From positions 32,001-96,000 of IMG/VR virus record IMGVR_UViG_3300046673_000306: a stretch of DNA of 64,000 nt. One strand, written 5' to 3'. The position numbers and the translations under genes are program-made. Positions 17,481 through 26,900 of the stretch are shown here, piece after piece; within the stretch, counting starts at the first letter, position 1, and each line of letters begins with the position of its first letter. The notes under the pieces were generated by a model, which searched no databases, was not told the DNA's origin, and saw nothing but the letters and a program-made list of their open reading frames with translations. The DNA comes from a virus.

Positions 17481-17723
17481 ATGGAATTGTTCCGAGTCAC
17501 GTCCGGGGCCTTCCTCGGGAGATGGATAATCGAGAAGTGGGGGTATGCCCTGATCCTGGAGTGGTGGCGCAGAGCTGCCCCGGGGATCGGCGCCCACGGC
17601 TACGTCCATCCAATCGCCGACGGAGACTGGGCCGTGGACTTAACCGTAATGATGTGGCGCCGAGACCTGAGGAGCCAATTCGTCAATCACAACCCAGGCT
17701 TCAGGTACCGGCAGGGGGAATGA
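17481..17723 (+). CDS. Hypothetical protein
   Basis: GGAGG SD; 80 aa. Confidence 0.55.
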   Translation: MELFRVTSGAFLGRWIIEKWGYALILEWWRRAAPGIGAHGYVHPIADGDWAVDLTVMMWRRDLRSQFVNHNPGFRYRQGE

Positions 17724-18058
17724 TCATGCCCAAGAACAAGTGGTACTGCGTCAAGAAGGCCTTCTGGTTCACCTCGAAGAAGGCGGAGAAGAAGTACGAC
17801 CGCATCGTCGAGGCCCTGTCCGAGGCCAACGAGGAGGCCGTCGTCTACCACGGCTACGAGATGGCCCTCGTGGGGATAGCCCACCGCTTTGGAATGGAGC
17901 CGGTCGCGGCGTACGACCGCTCGACGTGCATCGCCATCCTCATGGACCGCGATGAGATGACCCACGAGGACGCCGAGGACTACTTCGGCTACAACACCCT
18001 AGGGACCGGAGTTGATAATGCCCCGATCTTCGTGGAGATGGCGGAAGACATACCGTGA
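17720..18058 (+). CDS. Conserved phage hypothetical protein
   Basis: GYEMALVG...AAYD...EDAEDYFGYNTLG...PIFV motif. Confidence 0.7.
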   Translation: MIMPKNKWYCVKKAFWFTSKKAEKKYDRIVEALSEANEEAVVYHGYEMALVGIAHRFGMEPVAAYDRSTCIAILMDRDEMTHEDAEDYFGYNTLGTGVDNAPIFVEMAEDIP

Positions 18059-18068
18059 GGAGGATATT

Positions 18069-19319
18069 ATGGTTATGAAGATTGTTGATTCCAGCGGCTC
18101 CTCTGGCAGGGGTTCATTCAGGGATGACCTCGTCAAGCTGATGAAGAAGCTGGAGCCGGGAGAAGGCGTCCAGGTCCCCCGGTCTGATCTACCGCGCAAC
18201 TACGGCCAGCTTGTCGTCGACCTCATGCGCGATCCCCTTCCGTTCCCGTGGCACCTGAACGAGGAATCAGATGAGTCCGTCACCTTCTATAGGGACGCCG
18301 CCAAACCCAAGTTTGAGCCAGCTGCGAAGCCAGCTCATCAGGCTCCAGACAAGCTTCTGACTCCGCCAGCCCCAGAACCAAAGCCCGATTCTCCCGTTTA
18401 CGACACCGACCGGGGCAGCATCAACAGGATCATCGAGGAGGTCAAGGTCAGGGGTGGGAGTTTCCCAGTCCCGAAGACGCTGTTCCGCGACGCGATCTCC
18501 CGATCCTTTTGTATGGGAGAACTGAGGCATCTAGGGTACAGGGTCGATAAGGGCATCAATTTCGACGTGATCATCGCTCCCGAACCTGTCCCGTGTCCGA
18601 AGGTCGAGAATGGTAAGAAGAACCAGGCCCCCAAGGATATTACCCATCGTTCGCCCTTGGTCAAGGTCCCGATGCGGGAGCGCATCCTTACCTCTATCAA
18701 GAAAAATCCCGGCATAGCTCACAGCGCACTCAGGAAGAAATTCACACGGAGCACCGAGGAGGGCAAAAAGTTCGATAATGCTATTGGCGACCTGCTCGTG
18801 GAGAACTTAGTTGTCTCCACTTCAGTGAAATGGACAGGACCATATGGTCTGAAGACGACCTATAGGATCGTTGGTGCCAAGGCAGCCGCGACCGAAGTCG
18901 CACCGGTCCACGGTCAACACCCGGCCAAGACAGTGGTTCTTGGAGTGGAGGCCGCACCCAAGCCTGTTCTTTCCCCGGCGCCGCCCGTGGTAACGCCCGC
19001 GCTGCCCAAGACGGAGCCCCAGCCGAAGCCCGAGCCGAAGCCCGAGCCGAAGCCCCAGCCGAAGCCCGAGGCCAAGCCCATCACCAGAGAAGAGGTCGCG
19101 GCTGTCCAGAAGATGATCAAGCCCGAGAAGTTCCCGACCGGGAACAGGTGCTTCGCCTGCGTGGACGAGGACCATGTCCGGGTCTGCGGCGAGACCGCGT
19201 CCGTGACCTACAAGCAGGTCCGGCTCTGCCGCACCCACATGAACAGGCTGTTTTATGCCCGGAAGCTCTACGTCCGGACTTCGTTGAAGCACAATCCGAT
19301 ACTGCTCAAGAAGACATAG
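18069..19319 (+). CDS. Multi-domain probable DNA-binding protein (wHTH-like segment, Pro-rich linker, C-terminal Cys/His)
   Basis: GAGGAGG SD; RERILTSIKKNPGI...LLVENLV; CFAC...C...CxxH. Confidence 0.6.
   Translation: MVMKIVDSSGSSGRGSFRDDLVKLMKKLEPGEGVQVPRSDLPRNYGQLVVDLMRDPLPFPWHLNEESDESVTFYRDAAKPKFEPAAKPAHQAPDKLLTPPAPEPKPDSPVYDTDRGSINRIIEEVKVRGGSFPVPKTLFRDAISRSFCMGELRHLGYRVDKGINFDVIIAPEPVPCPKVENGKKNQAPKDITHRSPLVKVPMRERILTSIKKNPGIAHSALRKKFTRSTEEGKKFDNAIGDLLVENLVVSTSVKWTGPYGLKTTYRIVGAKAAATEVAPVHGQHPAKTVVLGVEAAPKPVLSPAPPVVTPALPKTEPQPKPEPKPEPKPQPKPEAKPITREEVAAVQKMIKPEKFPTGNRCFACVDEDHVRVCGETASVTYKQVRLCRTHMNRLFYARKLYVRTSLKHNPILLKKT
19014..19079 (+). repeat. 12-bp tandem repeat encoding (P[E/Q]PK)n
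   Basis: About 5 units of gccgaagccc(c/g)a. Confidence 0.8.
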
Positions 19320-19332
19320 GGAGGAGACCACA

Positions 19333-19923
19333 ATGACCGAGGAGAAGAAGGCCGAGATGTGGCTGAAGCGCCACACGTCTTACGACTGCGCGATCTGCGG
19401 CGTGGCCCACGAGCCCGCCCAGCGCCCGAAGGTGGAATATGGCAAGCTGACCAAGGCCCAGCGCCTGCTCTGGGACGTGGCCTCCACTTACGAGTACCAC
19501 TCCCGCTTCGTGGTCGGGTCCGAGGAGGGTGAGGCCGTGAAGCGGATCAAGGCCTGGCTGAAGCCCGGAGACACCGTCTACACCGTGCTCCGGCGCCGGT
19601 CGTCGTCCGGGACGTGTAGCCACATCTCGACCCTGGGGATAGAGGTCGAGGGCGGTAAGCCCCGGATCGTGGACTACACCTGGAACGTGGCCAAGATCGT
19701 GGGCTGGAAGATGGACCGCGACACCGGCGGGATCGTGATCAGCGGCGGCGGCATGGACATGGGCTTTCACCTGGTTTATACCCTGAGCCGGATCGTCTTC
19801 GCCAAGTTCCCGTGCATCGGCGGAGCCTGCCCGAGCAACGACCACGTAAACGGCGACCGGAACCACGAGGTCGGCCACCTGCACAGCGATGGGGGCTACG
19901 CGCTGAAGCGCCAGTGGATGTAG
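19333..19923 (+). CDS. Conserved phage hypothetical protein
   Basis: GDTVYTVLR..S.SG...GGGMDMGFHLVY motif; GGAGGAG SD. Confidence 0.8.
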   Translation: MTEEKKAEMWLKRHTSYDCAICGVAHEPAQRPKVEYGKLTKAQRLLWDVASTYEYHSRFVVGSEEGEAVKRIKAWLKPGDTVYTVLRRRSSSGTCSHISTLGIEVEGGKPRIVDYTWNVAKIVGWKMDRDTGGIVISGGGMDMGFHLVYTLSRIVFAKFPCIGGACPSNDHVNGDRNHEVGHLHSDGGYALKRQWM

Positions 19924-19933
19924 GAGGGGGACA

Positions 19934-20155
19934 ATGAAGCTACGCTATGTCAGGGCATCGGGGGTCAGAAGTTTCTTTAAGGAACGTGGCTTGCGTACAT
20001 CGGCTGGGTTCCTAGAATCCCTAGATCGCGAGGTCTGCGAGATGCTGGTCAAGTACCAGGTCATGGCCAAGGCGGACCGGCGCAGGACTGTGCTGGCCTG
20101 CGATATTTCCCTTCCTGGGGTGATCGCTAAACTCAGTCGGGGGATGCGCCGATAA
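19934..20155 (+). CDS. Bacterial-type single histone-fold protein
   Basis: 73 aa, basic; VRxSxVR.....GLRTS..F...L...AKADRRRTVLACDI carries the RxTxxxxD histone motif; AGGAGG SD. Confidence 0.8.
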   Translation: MKLRYVRASGVRSFFKERGLRTSAGFLESLDREVCEMLVKYQVMAKADRRRTVLACDISLPGVIAKLSRGMRR

Positions 20156-20216
20156 TCGTCGATACAATATAAAATTGCCCCATTTCTGGACTTATTACCC
20201 CATTACCGACAGAATC

Positions 20217-20975
20217 TCAGGCTGCGGGGGCCCTGTCGGGCTCCCCGATCTGATCCTGGCAGTAGTTCCTGAAAATTCCAGCGAAAACGCCCCTGGATAT
20301 CAGCTCCCGATACCAGGCCTTCCTCAGCAGGTCCGTGGACGCGGGGTCAAAGGCGCTCCCGCAGTCCAGGATCGCGACCGGGACCTTGAGACCGGCGTAG
20401 GCCTGCTCGTCCTCCATGAGACCGGCCACAGGCTTGGGCTTGCGCCGGGTCCGCTTCGAGACCTCTCGGATCACGCCGTCGGCCAGCTCCGCAGCACCTC
20501 CGACGCCGTTGTGCCTGATCTCCAGGCCGTCGTCCTCGACGTAGTTCGTGATGTTGATCGCGACCACGATATCGGCGCGGATGTGCCTGGCGAAGTTGAT
20601 CCTGGCGTTCTGATCCTGCTCCAGGCACGTCTTCCCCTGCCCCCAGACGTCCTGCGACAGGTGCTCCTCCGTGGGGTTGGGCCTGAGGCTGGGCCTCATC
20701 CTGGCGTAGCGCAGGTAGTGGCTCGCGCTCTCGTGGAACAGCGGGTACTGGGACTTCCCGATCTCCGAGTGCGACCGCCTCATGCACCGGGTCGCGAAGA
20801 TGTCGGCGCCGATGATCCTGAGGAGGTCGTAGACGGTGGAGGAAATCTCTGACGTGATGATGTCTCCTGGAACCCCGACTACGGGCTTCCTTTGGTAGCG
20901 CCATTCGGCCTTGTCGTCCCGATAGAGCCCACCGAGGGGGTCGAGCAGGATTCTGCGTCCTCTGATGTCGTTCAT
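20217..20975 (-). CDS. Amidase_3 (N-acetylmuramoyl-L-alanine amidase) homolog with degenerate active site
   Basis: ILLDPLGG, ATR, ARINFA...ADIVVAIN, GLEI, VPVAILDCG, ISRGVFAGI. Confidence 0.72.
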   Translation of the reverse strand: MNDIRGRRILLDPLGGLYRDDKAEWRYQRKPVVGVPGDIITSEISSTVYDLLRIIGADIFATRCMRRSHSEIGKSQYPLFHESASHYLRYARMRPSLRPNPTEEHLSQDVWGQGKTCLEQDQNARINFARHIRADIVVAINITNYVEDDGLEIRHNGVGGAAELADGVIREVSKRTRRKPKPVAGLMEDEQAYAGLKVPVAILDCGSAFDPASTDLLRKAWYRELISRGVFAGIFRNYCQDQIGEPDRAPAA

Positions 20976-20980
20976 CTTTG

Positions 20981-21715
20981 TCACCAATTCGTCCTGAGGA
21001 TGATGCCGCCGCCCCAACCACCGGTCCATCCGGGGCCACCGCTGACCCCAACCTCGGTGTTGTCCATGTGCATAAACTTCGGGGTGAAGTCGTCGACGTG
21101 TCGTGTGAGTTCCAGACCCGGGTAGAAGAGATTGGCCTGGACCAGCCCAGACCAGCGGTGCCAATAGTAGTATTTCCAGTCCAGGACTGGGCTGATCGGG
21201 AGGTCGAGGCCGCCGCCGCTGCTGACGCGGTAGTGGATCACGTGCCCGGGGCTGGTGACCAGGCCGAAGCCGAAGCGCGAGGTGAAGCCGTGATCCTGGA
21301 CCGTGATCTGGGGCAGGGCCTCGGCCATCTGCGCGGTGGCGCTGCTGATCTGGGCCTCGATCTTGGCCGTATCCGACGAGGTCCTGGCGCCGTGGAGTTC
21401 GGCGAGGAGGGCCTGGTACTTGGCCTCCAGCTCAGACTGCTTCTTGACCACGATCTGGAGCCCGCCCTCGCTGGGGACGTACTGGGTCTGGACCACGGTC
21501 TTGCCCTGGGCGTCGCGCACGAGCTGGACCAGTTGGTTCTGCTTCAGCATGTACTTGGCGAGGACGTCCGGGGGTAGGCCCTGCTGCGCGAGCCTCATCG
21601 TGTCCTGGACCGCCACCTCCTTGTCGTGAAGGTGGATGAAGAAGACGGCGACGCATACGGCTAGGGCCAGGGCTATGTGTTCGATACGCCGGACCCAGAG
21701 TTGTATCTCATCCAT
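20981..21715 (-). CDS. Spanin-like lysis protein (N-terminal TM, coiled coil, C-terminal beta region)
   Basis: TM IALALAVCVAVFFI; follows the holin; ends IILRTNW. Confidence 0.5.
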   Translation of the reverse strand: MDEIQLWVRRIEHIALALAVCVAVFFIHLHDKEVAVQDTMRLAQQGLPPDVLAKYMLKQNQLVQLVRDAQGKTVVQTQYVPSEGGLQIVVKKQSELEAKYQALLAELHGARTSSDTAKIEAQISSATAQMAEALPQITVQDHGFTSRFGFGLVTSPGHVIHYRVSSGGGLDLPISPVLDWKYYYWHRWSGLVQANLFYPGLELTRHVDDFTPKFMHMDNTEVGVSGGPGWTGGWGGGIILRTNW

Positions 21716-22130
21716 TGTCGTCGCCTCCCGCCGCCGGGGTGTCCGAGTCCGGAGCCGTGTCGTCCTTCGGGGATTCTAAGGCAACCACGGGGTTGTCGGC
21801 GTCTCCTACCGGGGCCTGGGCTTGATCACCCGCCCACCCTGAGGTCCCCGGGATTGGGAACGCGTTCGCCGAATGCTTGTCCATCTGTCCGCTCCACACG
21901 TAGTGGACGAACACCCACCCCGCGAGGCTGCCAGTGGTCGTGATCGCGGTCGTGATGCAGTCGTGGCCGTAGTGAACTACGCCGTAGACGATGATCCACG
22001 TGTAGAGCGCTAGGAACAAATAGTTCCAGAGCGCCCTGAGCGATCCCAGGTCGTGGATGAACTTCTGCACCAGGTTTATCCTAGTGAATTTCTTCGCCTT
22101 CTTGGCGAGGAAGTTGAATATCTTCTTCAT
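21708..22130 (-). CDS. Holin (putative, 2 TM)
   Basis: Basic N-terminus and two hydrophobic segments; directly downstream of the endolysin. Confidence 0.6.
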   Translation of the reverse strand: MKKIFNFLAKKAKKFTRINLVQKFIHDLGSLRALWNYLFLALYTWIIVYGVVHYGHDCITTAITTTGSLAGWVFVHYVWSGQMDKHSANAFPIPGTSGWAGDQAQAPVGDADNPVVALESPKDDTAPDSDTPAAGGDDNG

Positions 22131-22146
22131 TTTGCCTCCCAGGTCT

Positions 22147-22797
22147 TCAGACCTTTCCGATCATCGTATAGACCCCGTTCTGCATCCTCAGGACCTGACC
22201 ACACCGCTTCGGGTCCCGGTAGGGTGCCCCGAGGCTCAGGTGTAGCCAGAAAACGCGGCCATACGATCTCTGCGCAGTCTCGACGATCAACTGCCCGAAC
22301 AAGAATTTTTTGAGGCGACCGAACTTCCACAGCTTCTGGAATGCGTCCTCGACTCCTGCGGCTGTGTCTGCCGATCCGTCTTCATGGACGTCGGCGGCCT
22401 CGCATAGCATGTGCTGGGAATGCGTCGCCGATCCCGGGGTAACGCCATTGAGTTCGGGACAGCGGTAGCCGCTGTTGGCCACCAGCCTCTTACCGATCAG
22501 GTCCTCGGCGCGGCACAGCAGGGTGTCGACCGCCAGGAGCTTGTCGATCTGCTCCGGGGTCAGCATCCGGTTCTTGGCCTGGAGCGCGGCGTTGCTGGTC
22601 ACGGTCAGCTGGTACAGCGTGCGCCGCATCAGCTTCCGGTCCGGGGCCACGATCGCTGGCCTCGGCGCGGGCGCCAGCGCCGGGATCGCCGGGGGCCTGG
22701 CCCTGGGCATCGCGCCCTGGGGGATGTAGCCCTCTCCCGAGGTCCCGGTTAGGACCCGGAAGATTCCAATGAGTAGTTCCACGAGTTTAGCCCACAT
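22147..22797 (-). CDS. Endolysin, peptidase M15A (Peptidase_M15_3)
   Basis: NSGYRCPELN, SQHMLCEAAD, WLHLS: all three zinc ligands present. Confidence 0.9.
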   Translation of the reverse strand: MWAKLVELLIGIFRVLTGTSGEGYIPQGAMPRARPPAIPALAPAPRPAIVAPDRKLMRRTLYQLTVTSNAALQAKNRMLTPEQIDKLLAVDTLLCRAEDLIGKRLVANSGYRCPELNGVTPGSATHSQHMLCEAADVHEDGSADTAAGVEDAFQKLWKFGRLKKFLFGQLIVETAQRSYGRVFWLHLSLGAPYRDPKRCGQVLRMQNGVYTMIGKV

Positions 22798-22832
22798 AGC
22801 GCCTCCTCTCGTCTCGGACGAAGCGGACTCGC

Positions 22833-23018
22833 CTACGCCAGCGTCCCGAAGTAGCCGACGTTTCCGCTGTACGTCTTCCCGGCAGGGACCGACTCGTCGC
22901 ACAGGGTGGTGGCCACGGTACCGTCGGAGTTGAGCACCTGTATGACGATGCGCTGCCCCGGAGTCAACCCCGAGACCTCGAACGCTTTTGTGGTTTGGCT
23001 CAATGTCATGTCAGTCAT
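22833..23018 (-). CDS. Small tail-fibre-associated protein B (paralog of 23757-23945)
   Basis: AGGAG SD; LxPGQ...V.N.DG.VA.TL...P.GKT...Y.G shared with the paralog. Confidence 0.7.
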   Translation of the reverse strand: MTDMTLSQTTKAFEVSGLTPGQRIVIQVLNSDGTVATTLCDESVPAGKTYSGNVGYFGTLA

Positions 23019-23030
23019 TTTTATTCTCCT

Positions 23031-23573
23031 TTAAGTTCTGATGATTGGGGTGTAGGCGCGGCATGGCTGGATGTTATTGTGAGACCCGTCGCCTCCGGTG
23101 CTGCTAGAATCCTGCGACCCATAATTGGTGTTATAATTCGAGCCCCCACCTTGGTTCGGAGTATACGCGTTCAGCGCGTAGGTGGAGTGGGTGTGCGCTG
23201 GCATCTCTGCGATGGTTAGAGTATGGAGTTCTTCCCCGTATGCTCCATAGAGGGTCTTCGCCGTCAGCCCTCCGGCTATTGACGGTTCAGTTCCTAGCCC
23301 CCGGTCGAAATCGACGGCCTCGCATTTCGGGTGCTGTGAAGTCGAACTGTGGCCGGGCAAGACCCCGTTGAGGGCGTCGCACCGGTACGCGCTATGGACG
23401 CGCATGGGGCCGACGAGCGGACGAGCTCCGCCTTCGAGCCACCCGGCAAGCATGGTGAGCTTTCCGACTTGGTCGTCGGTAACGTCGCGGTTCGCGTCCT
23501 GGAGCTTGGCGTTGTCCGTGCGCGTCATCTCATAGAGAGAGAAGTGCGTGGACAGGGATTGGTCGTCACGCAT
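23031..23573 (-). CDS. Chimeric ORF: N-half of an M15 endolysin fused to a tail-fibre tip (possible pseudogene)
   Basis: HFSLYEM...SAYRC...SQHPKCEAVD, then GEELHTLTIAEMPAHTH...HNNIQP...IIRT. Confidence 0.75.
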   Translation of the reverse strand: MRDDQSLSTHFSLYEMTRTDNAKLQDANRDVTDDQVGKLTMLAGWLEGGARPLVGPMRVHSAYRCDALNGVLPGHSSTSQHPKCEAVDFDRGLGTEPSIAGGLTAKTLYGAYGEELHTLTIAEMPAHTHSTYALNAYTPNQGGGSNYNTNYGSQDSSSTGGDGSHNNIQPCRAYTPIIRT

Positions 23574-23760
23574 TGCGCTTCCTCCTCTTCTTCTTGTAGT
23601 GGTCCTTACCTCGGCCTATCGCCTTGCGGCAATGGTCTCGGACTTCGGTCATGACCTTGACCAAGAGCTCCCGGATGTCGGCCAGGGCGCGGACGACTTC
23701 CATTGCGGAGCCGCCCACCACCACCAGGAGCTTGATGGTTTCTATGAGCAGGTGAATCAA
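23566..23760 (-). CDS. Small protein with hydrophobic N-terminus and basic tail (holin/antiholin-like)
   Basis: TTG start overlapping the upstream stop; LLVVVGG; KKKRRKR. Confidence 0.45.
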   Translation of the reverse strand: MIHLLIETIKLLVVVGGSAMEVVRALADIRELLVKVMTEVRDHCRKAIGRGKDHYKKKRRKRNA

Positions 23761-23945
23761 CCGAGTCTCCCACCGTAGTTGAGGCTGGCGGTCAGGGTCT
23801 TGCCTCCTGCCGGGTCGCATTGGTCGTTGATTAGAGTCAAAGCGACGCTCCCGTCGGCGTTCTTGACGACGGCGTAGAGCGACTGGCCCGGGGCCAGGGT
23901 GAAATCGACGTTTTCAGCGACGGATTTTGGGACGATGATGGCCAT
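23757..23945 (-). CDS. Small tail-fibre-associated protein A
   Basis: AGGAGG SD; follows the tail fibre gene. Confidence 0.7.
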   Translation of the reverse strand: MAIIVPKSVAENVDFTLAPGQSLYAVVKNADGSVALTLINDQCDPAGGKTLTASLNYGGRLG

Positions 23946-23953
23946 GAGACCTC

Positions 23954-26900
23954 CTATTGATACCTGATGATGAACATGACGTTGGCGTTCTTCGGGCGGG
24001 ACTCTTGGTTCCCACCAGTCGGGCTGTCGATGATGTTACCCGTGTTAGCGGCCTGCGGGTACGGCCAGTATGCTCCCGCGCCGCCGCTCAGATTTCCGGA
24101 GGCGGGATTCATCGGGTGGAGATGACCTCGGTCCACGTCCATCTCGTAGGAGCCCACAGTGTTGCCGCTCCGGCCGCCAGGCAGACGGTTGAAGCGAGAT
24201 GCGGCATCGGGGTCGGTGAGAGAGTCGGTAGAGTCGTGGCTCCAACCTCTAGGGAAGCACCCGCGCATGTCCGGGAGGTTGAAGTGGGTCCCGTCCGGGG
24301 TGCCCCACCGGTCTCCGATGACCGCGTAGAGGTCGGGATACGAGACCGTGAGCAGGCTCGTCCCGTCGCACTCCATCCATCCCGCAGGCGCGTTCGGCCC
24401 GCAGAACATGGTCATCGAGCCGACCGGGACCGAGGCGAGGGTCGTCCACGCTGCGGAGGACGGGCTGGTGGCCACCGGTACCTGGCCGACCGTCGGGGTC
24501 CCGGTCACGGGTATCGACAACGACCTAAGGAAGGGCCTGACGTCCTTGATATTCCCCTGGGTCACGATCGGAGATGATCCGTTGTTGTAGACGCAGACGA
24601 CCTCGGCCAGGACCAGACCCGGCGTCGGGTATGGCGGAGGCGTCGACGGAGTCAAGAGCGAGTATCCGGCAGAATTCTCGGGTACGGTGTTTAGGTTCCC
24701 GGAATCATCCAGATAAACCAGGCCCACGTAGCTGTTGGCGGCCAGGGCCAGAGGCACGGACGGGAGAGCGATGCTGCCTCCAGAGCACTGGACCTTGTTC
24801 GCACCGTCACTAGCAACGAAGTAGGGACCAGTTGCGACGTTCAGGTTGATATCCGGTGTCGCCGAGGCGTATGGCCGCAGCTGGTCGAGGCCGACCTCGG
24901 AGATGAAACCGTTGGTGCTCATGGCCGCGTTCATCCCGATCTCGATCTGCTGAAGCGCTCCCTGGACGGTAGTGGACGTTATCTGGAAGTTGTTGGGGTT
25001 GCTCCCGGTGACCGGTTGGATTCCGACTAGGGACGCGCCTTCATCAGGCCCGACTGCCGCCAGCGTGGTATAGCTCACGAACCCGCTCTCCAGAGCCACT
25101 AGGGAGATGTTCGGGCTGTACATGGCCACCGTGGTCGCAGCCGGTGACGGGGTATTGATCCCGTAGCTCAGCTGAGACCCGACCACGCCGTTTATAAAGT
25201 AGGATGGGAGCAGGGTCTTCGGCGCCTGGAAGAAGCAGCCCGTTACCGTGGGGTTGCTGGCGATCGGGGTCGGCAGCGTTACTCCGTCGAGGATGTTGAT
25301 CGCCGCAGATGCCGAGCCCGGACCCATAATGAATGTGGTGTCGATGATCAGGGGATTGGATATATTCGTTATGTCGATGATATCGACTGCCGCCGGTGTC
25401 CCGGAGGTGCAGTCCGCCGAGCTGAAGGTGCAGTTTGAGATCACTGGGTTCGATCCGTTCGCGACCACGGCGTTGTTCCCGTTGTTGGTGCACGAAGTGA
25501 TGCTGCAAAGGGCACCCGACTTCACTACTAGACCCAGGCTCGCGGCGTTATTGCCAACGGGGGTGTCTGCGGCGTCACCGGTTCCGCCTAGGATCAGGCA
25601 GGCCGTGAACGTGGCGTTCACCGAGAGTCCGGTCATGACCACGGTCGTCACCGTGCAGTCGGAGAAGGCGGAGGTTGATGTCCCGGAGATGAACATGCAA
25701 GCCCCGACCACGACGTCGGTCCAGGTCAAGGACGTGCCCGAGACCACGATCTGGTTGATCGTCGAGGTGATGTCGCTGCTGGTCAGGGTATTCACCGAAC
25801 CGCTGAGGCTAACGCAGTCCGTGGCCGTCCCCGCCACTGGGCTAGACAAGGACGTGATCGGGGCGATGTTAAAGTCCATGTCCACGGCAGTGAACGACTC
25901 GCTGCTATACAGGGCCCGATCATTGGATGTCACCGAGCACCCGCTGGCGATCATCGTCCCGTTGTTGACCACGGCTCCGATCCCGGGGTTCGGGCCCGTG
26001 CTGAAGGCGGTTACTTCGGTGTCGGTAATGGTCACGGTCGCGGTCGTGTTCACGACGCCCGCCGCCGAGGTCGCCCCGACCCAGTTCCCGCACCAGATAT
26101 AGGAATCTTGGATCGTGAGCGTCGACCCGATATTGGCCAGGACCCCGACGGTTCCGAGGGCGCCAACAGGAGCCGTGGCCTGGCTCTCGCCGTATATCTT
26201 TTGGCCGATCAGGCAGTTGCTGATCGTAGCCGACAGGACCGACGCCCCGACGCTGACGATGACGTCGTTCCCGGTTAGGCCGACGCCGATATCCAGGCCT
26301 AGATTCGAGACCGTGACATTGTTAGCCGAGATCGTGAGCGCGTTGAAGTTCCCGCCAACGATGGGCGCGACCCTGATCGTGGTCGTCGTCGGATCAAGGC
26401 CCGTTAGCGTGACGTAGGGATTGACCATCGTTATCGGGAACTCGCTGACGTAGGTCCCGGGCTCGACCAGGACCACGTACTGGTTCGCGTATCCTACGGC
26501 GGTCGGCCCAGACATCGGTATGCTGTTTAGGGCCTCCTGGACGCTGGTGAACTGGCCCCCGGTCTGAGACACGGTAATGAGGTTGTTTGGGGAGAAGTTC
26601 TTGGACAGGGCCGCGATCGGCCTCACGTCAATCACGTCTGAGGCGTTGATCGCGGTCTGGGCCGTGTATCGGTTCACCATCGCTAAGGGGAAGGTCCAGG
26701 ACCCGGTCGGGACCGCAGGGGCCAAGGGGTTGTTGACGTTGACGGATTGCGCTATGTTGATGGAGTACTGTACCTGCTCGCGGTAGGCGCCTGGGCCAAG
26801 GGTCGGGTCCTCGATATTGGGGTACTGGGTCGCGGTGACGTCCGCTATCGAGACCGTGAGGTAGATCAAGTCTGTCCTGGGTGCGGTCGGGACACCGACA

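Noticed and set aside
22833-24430. Invertase-driven tail-fibre shufflon
   Set aside because: Both tips are in the same orientation; no inverted crossover sites or recombinase seen
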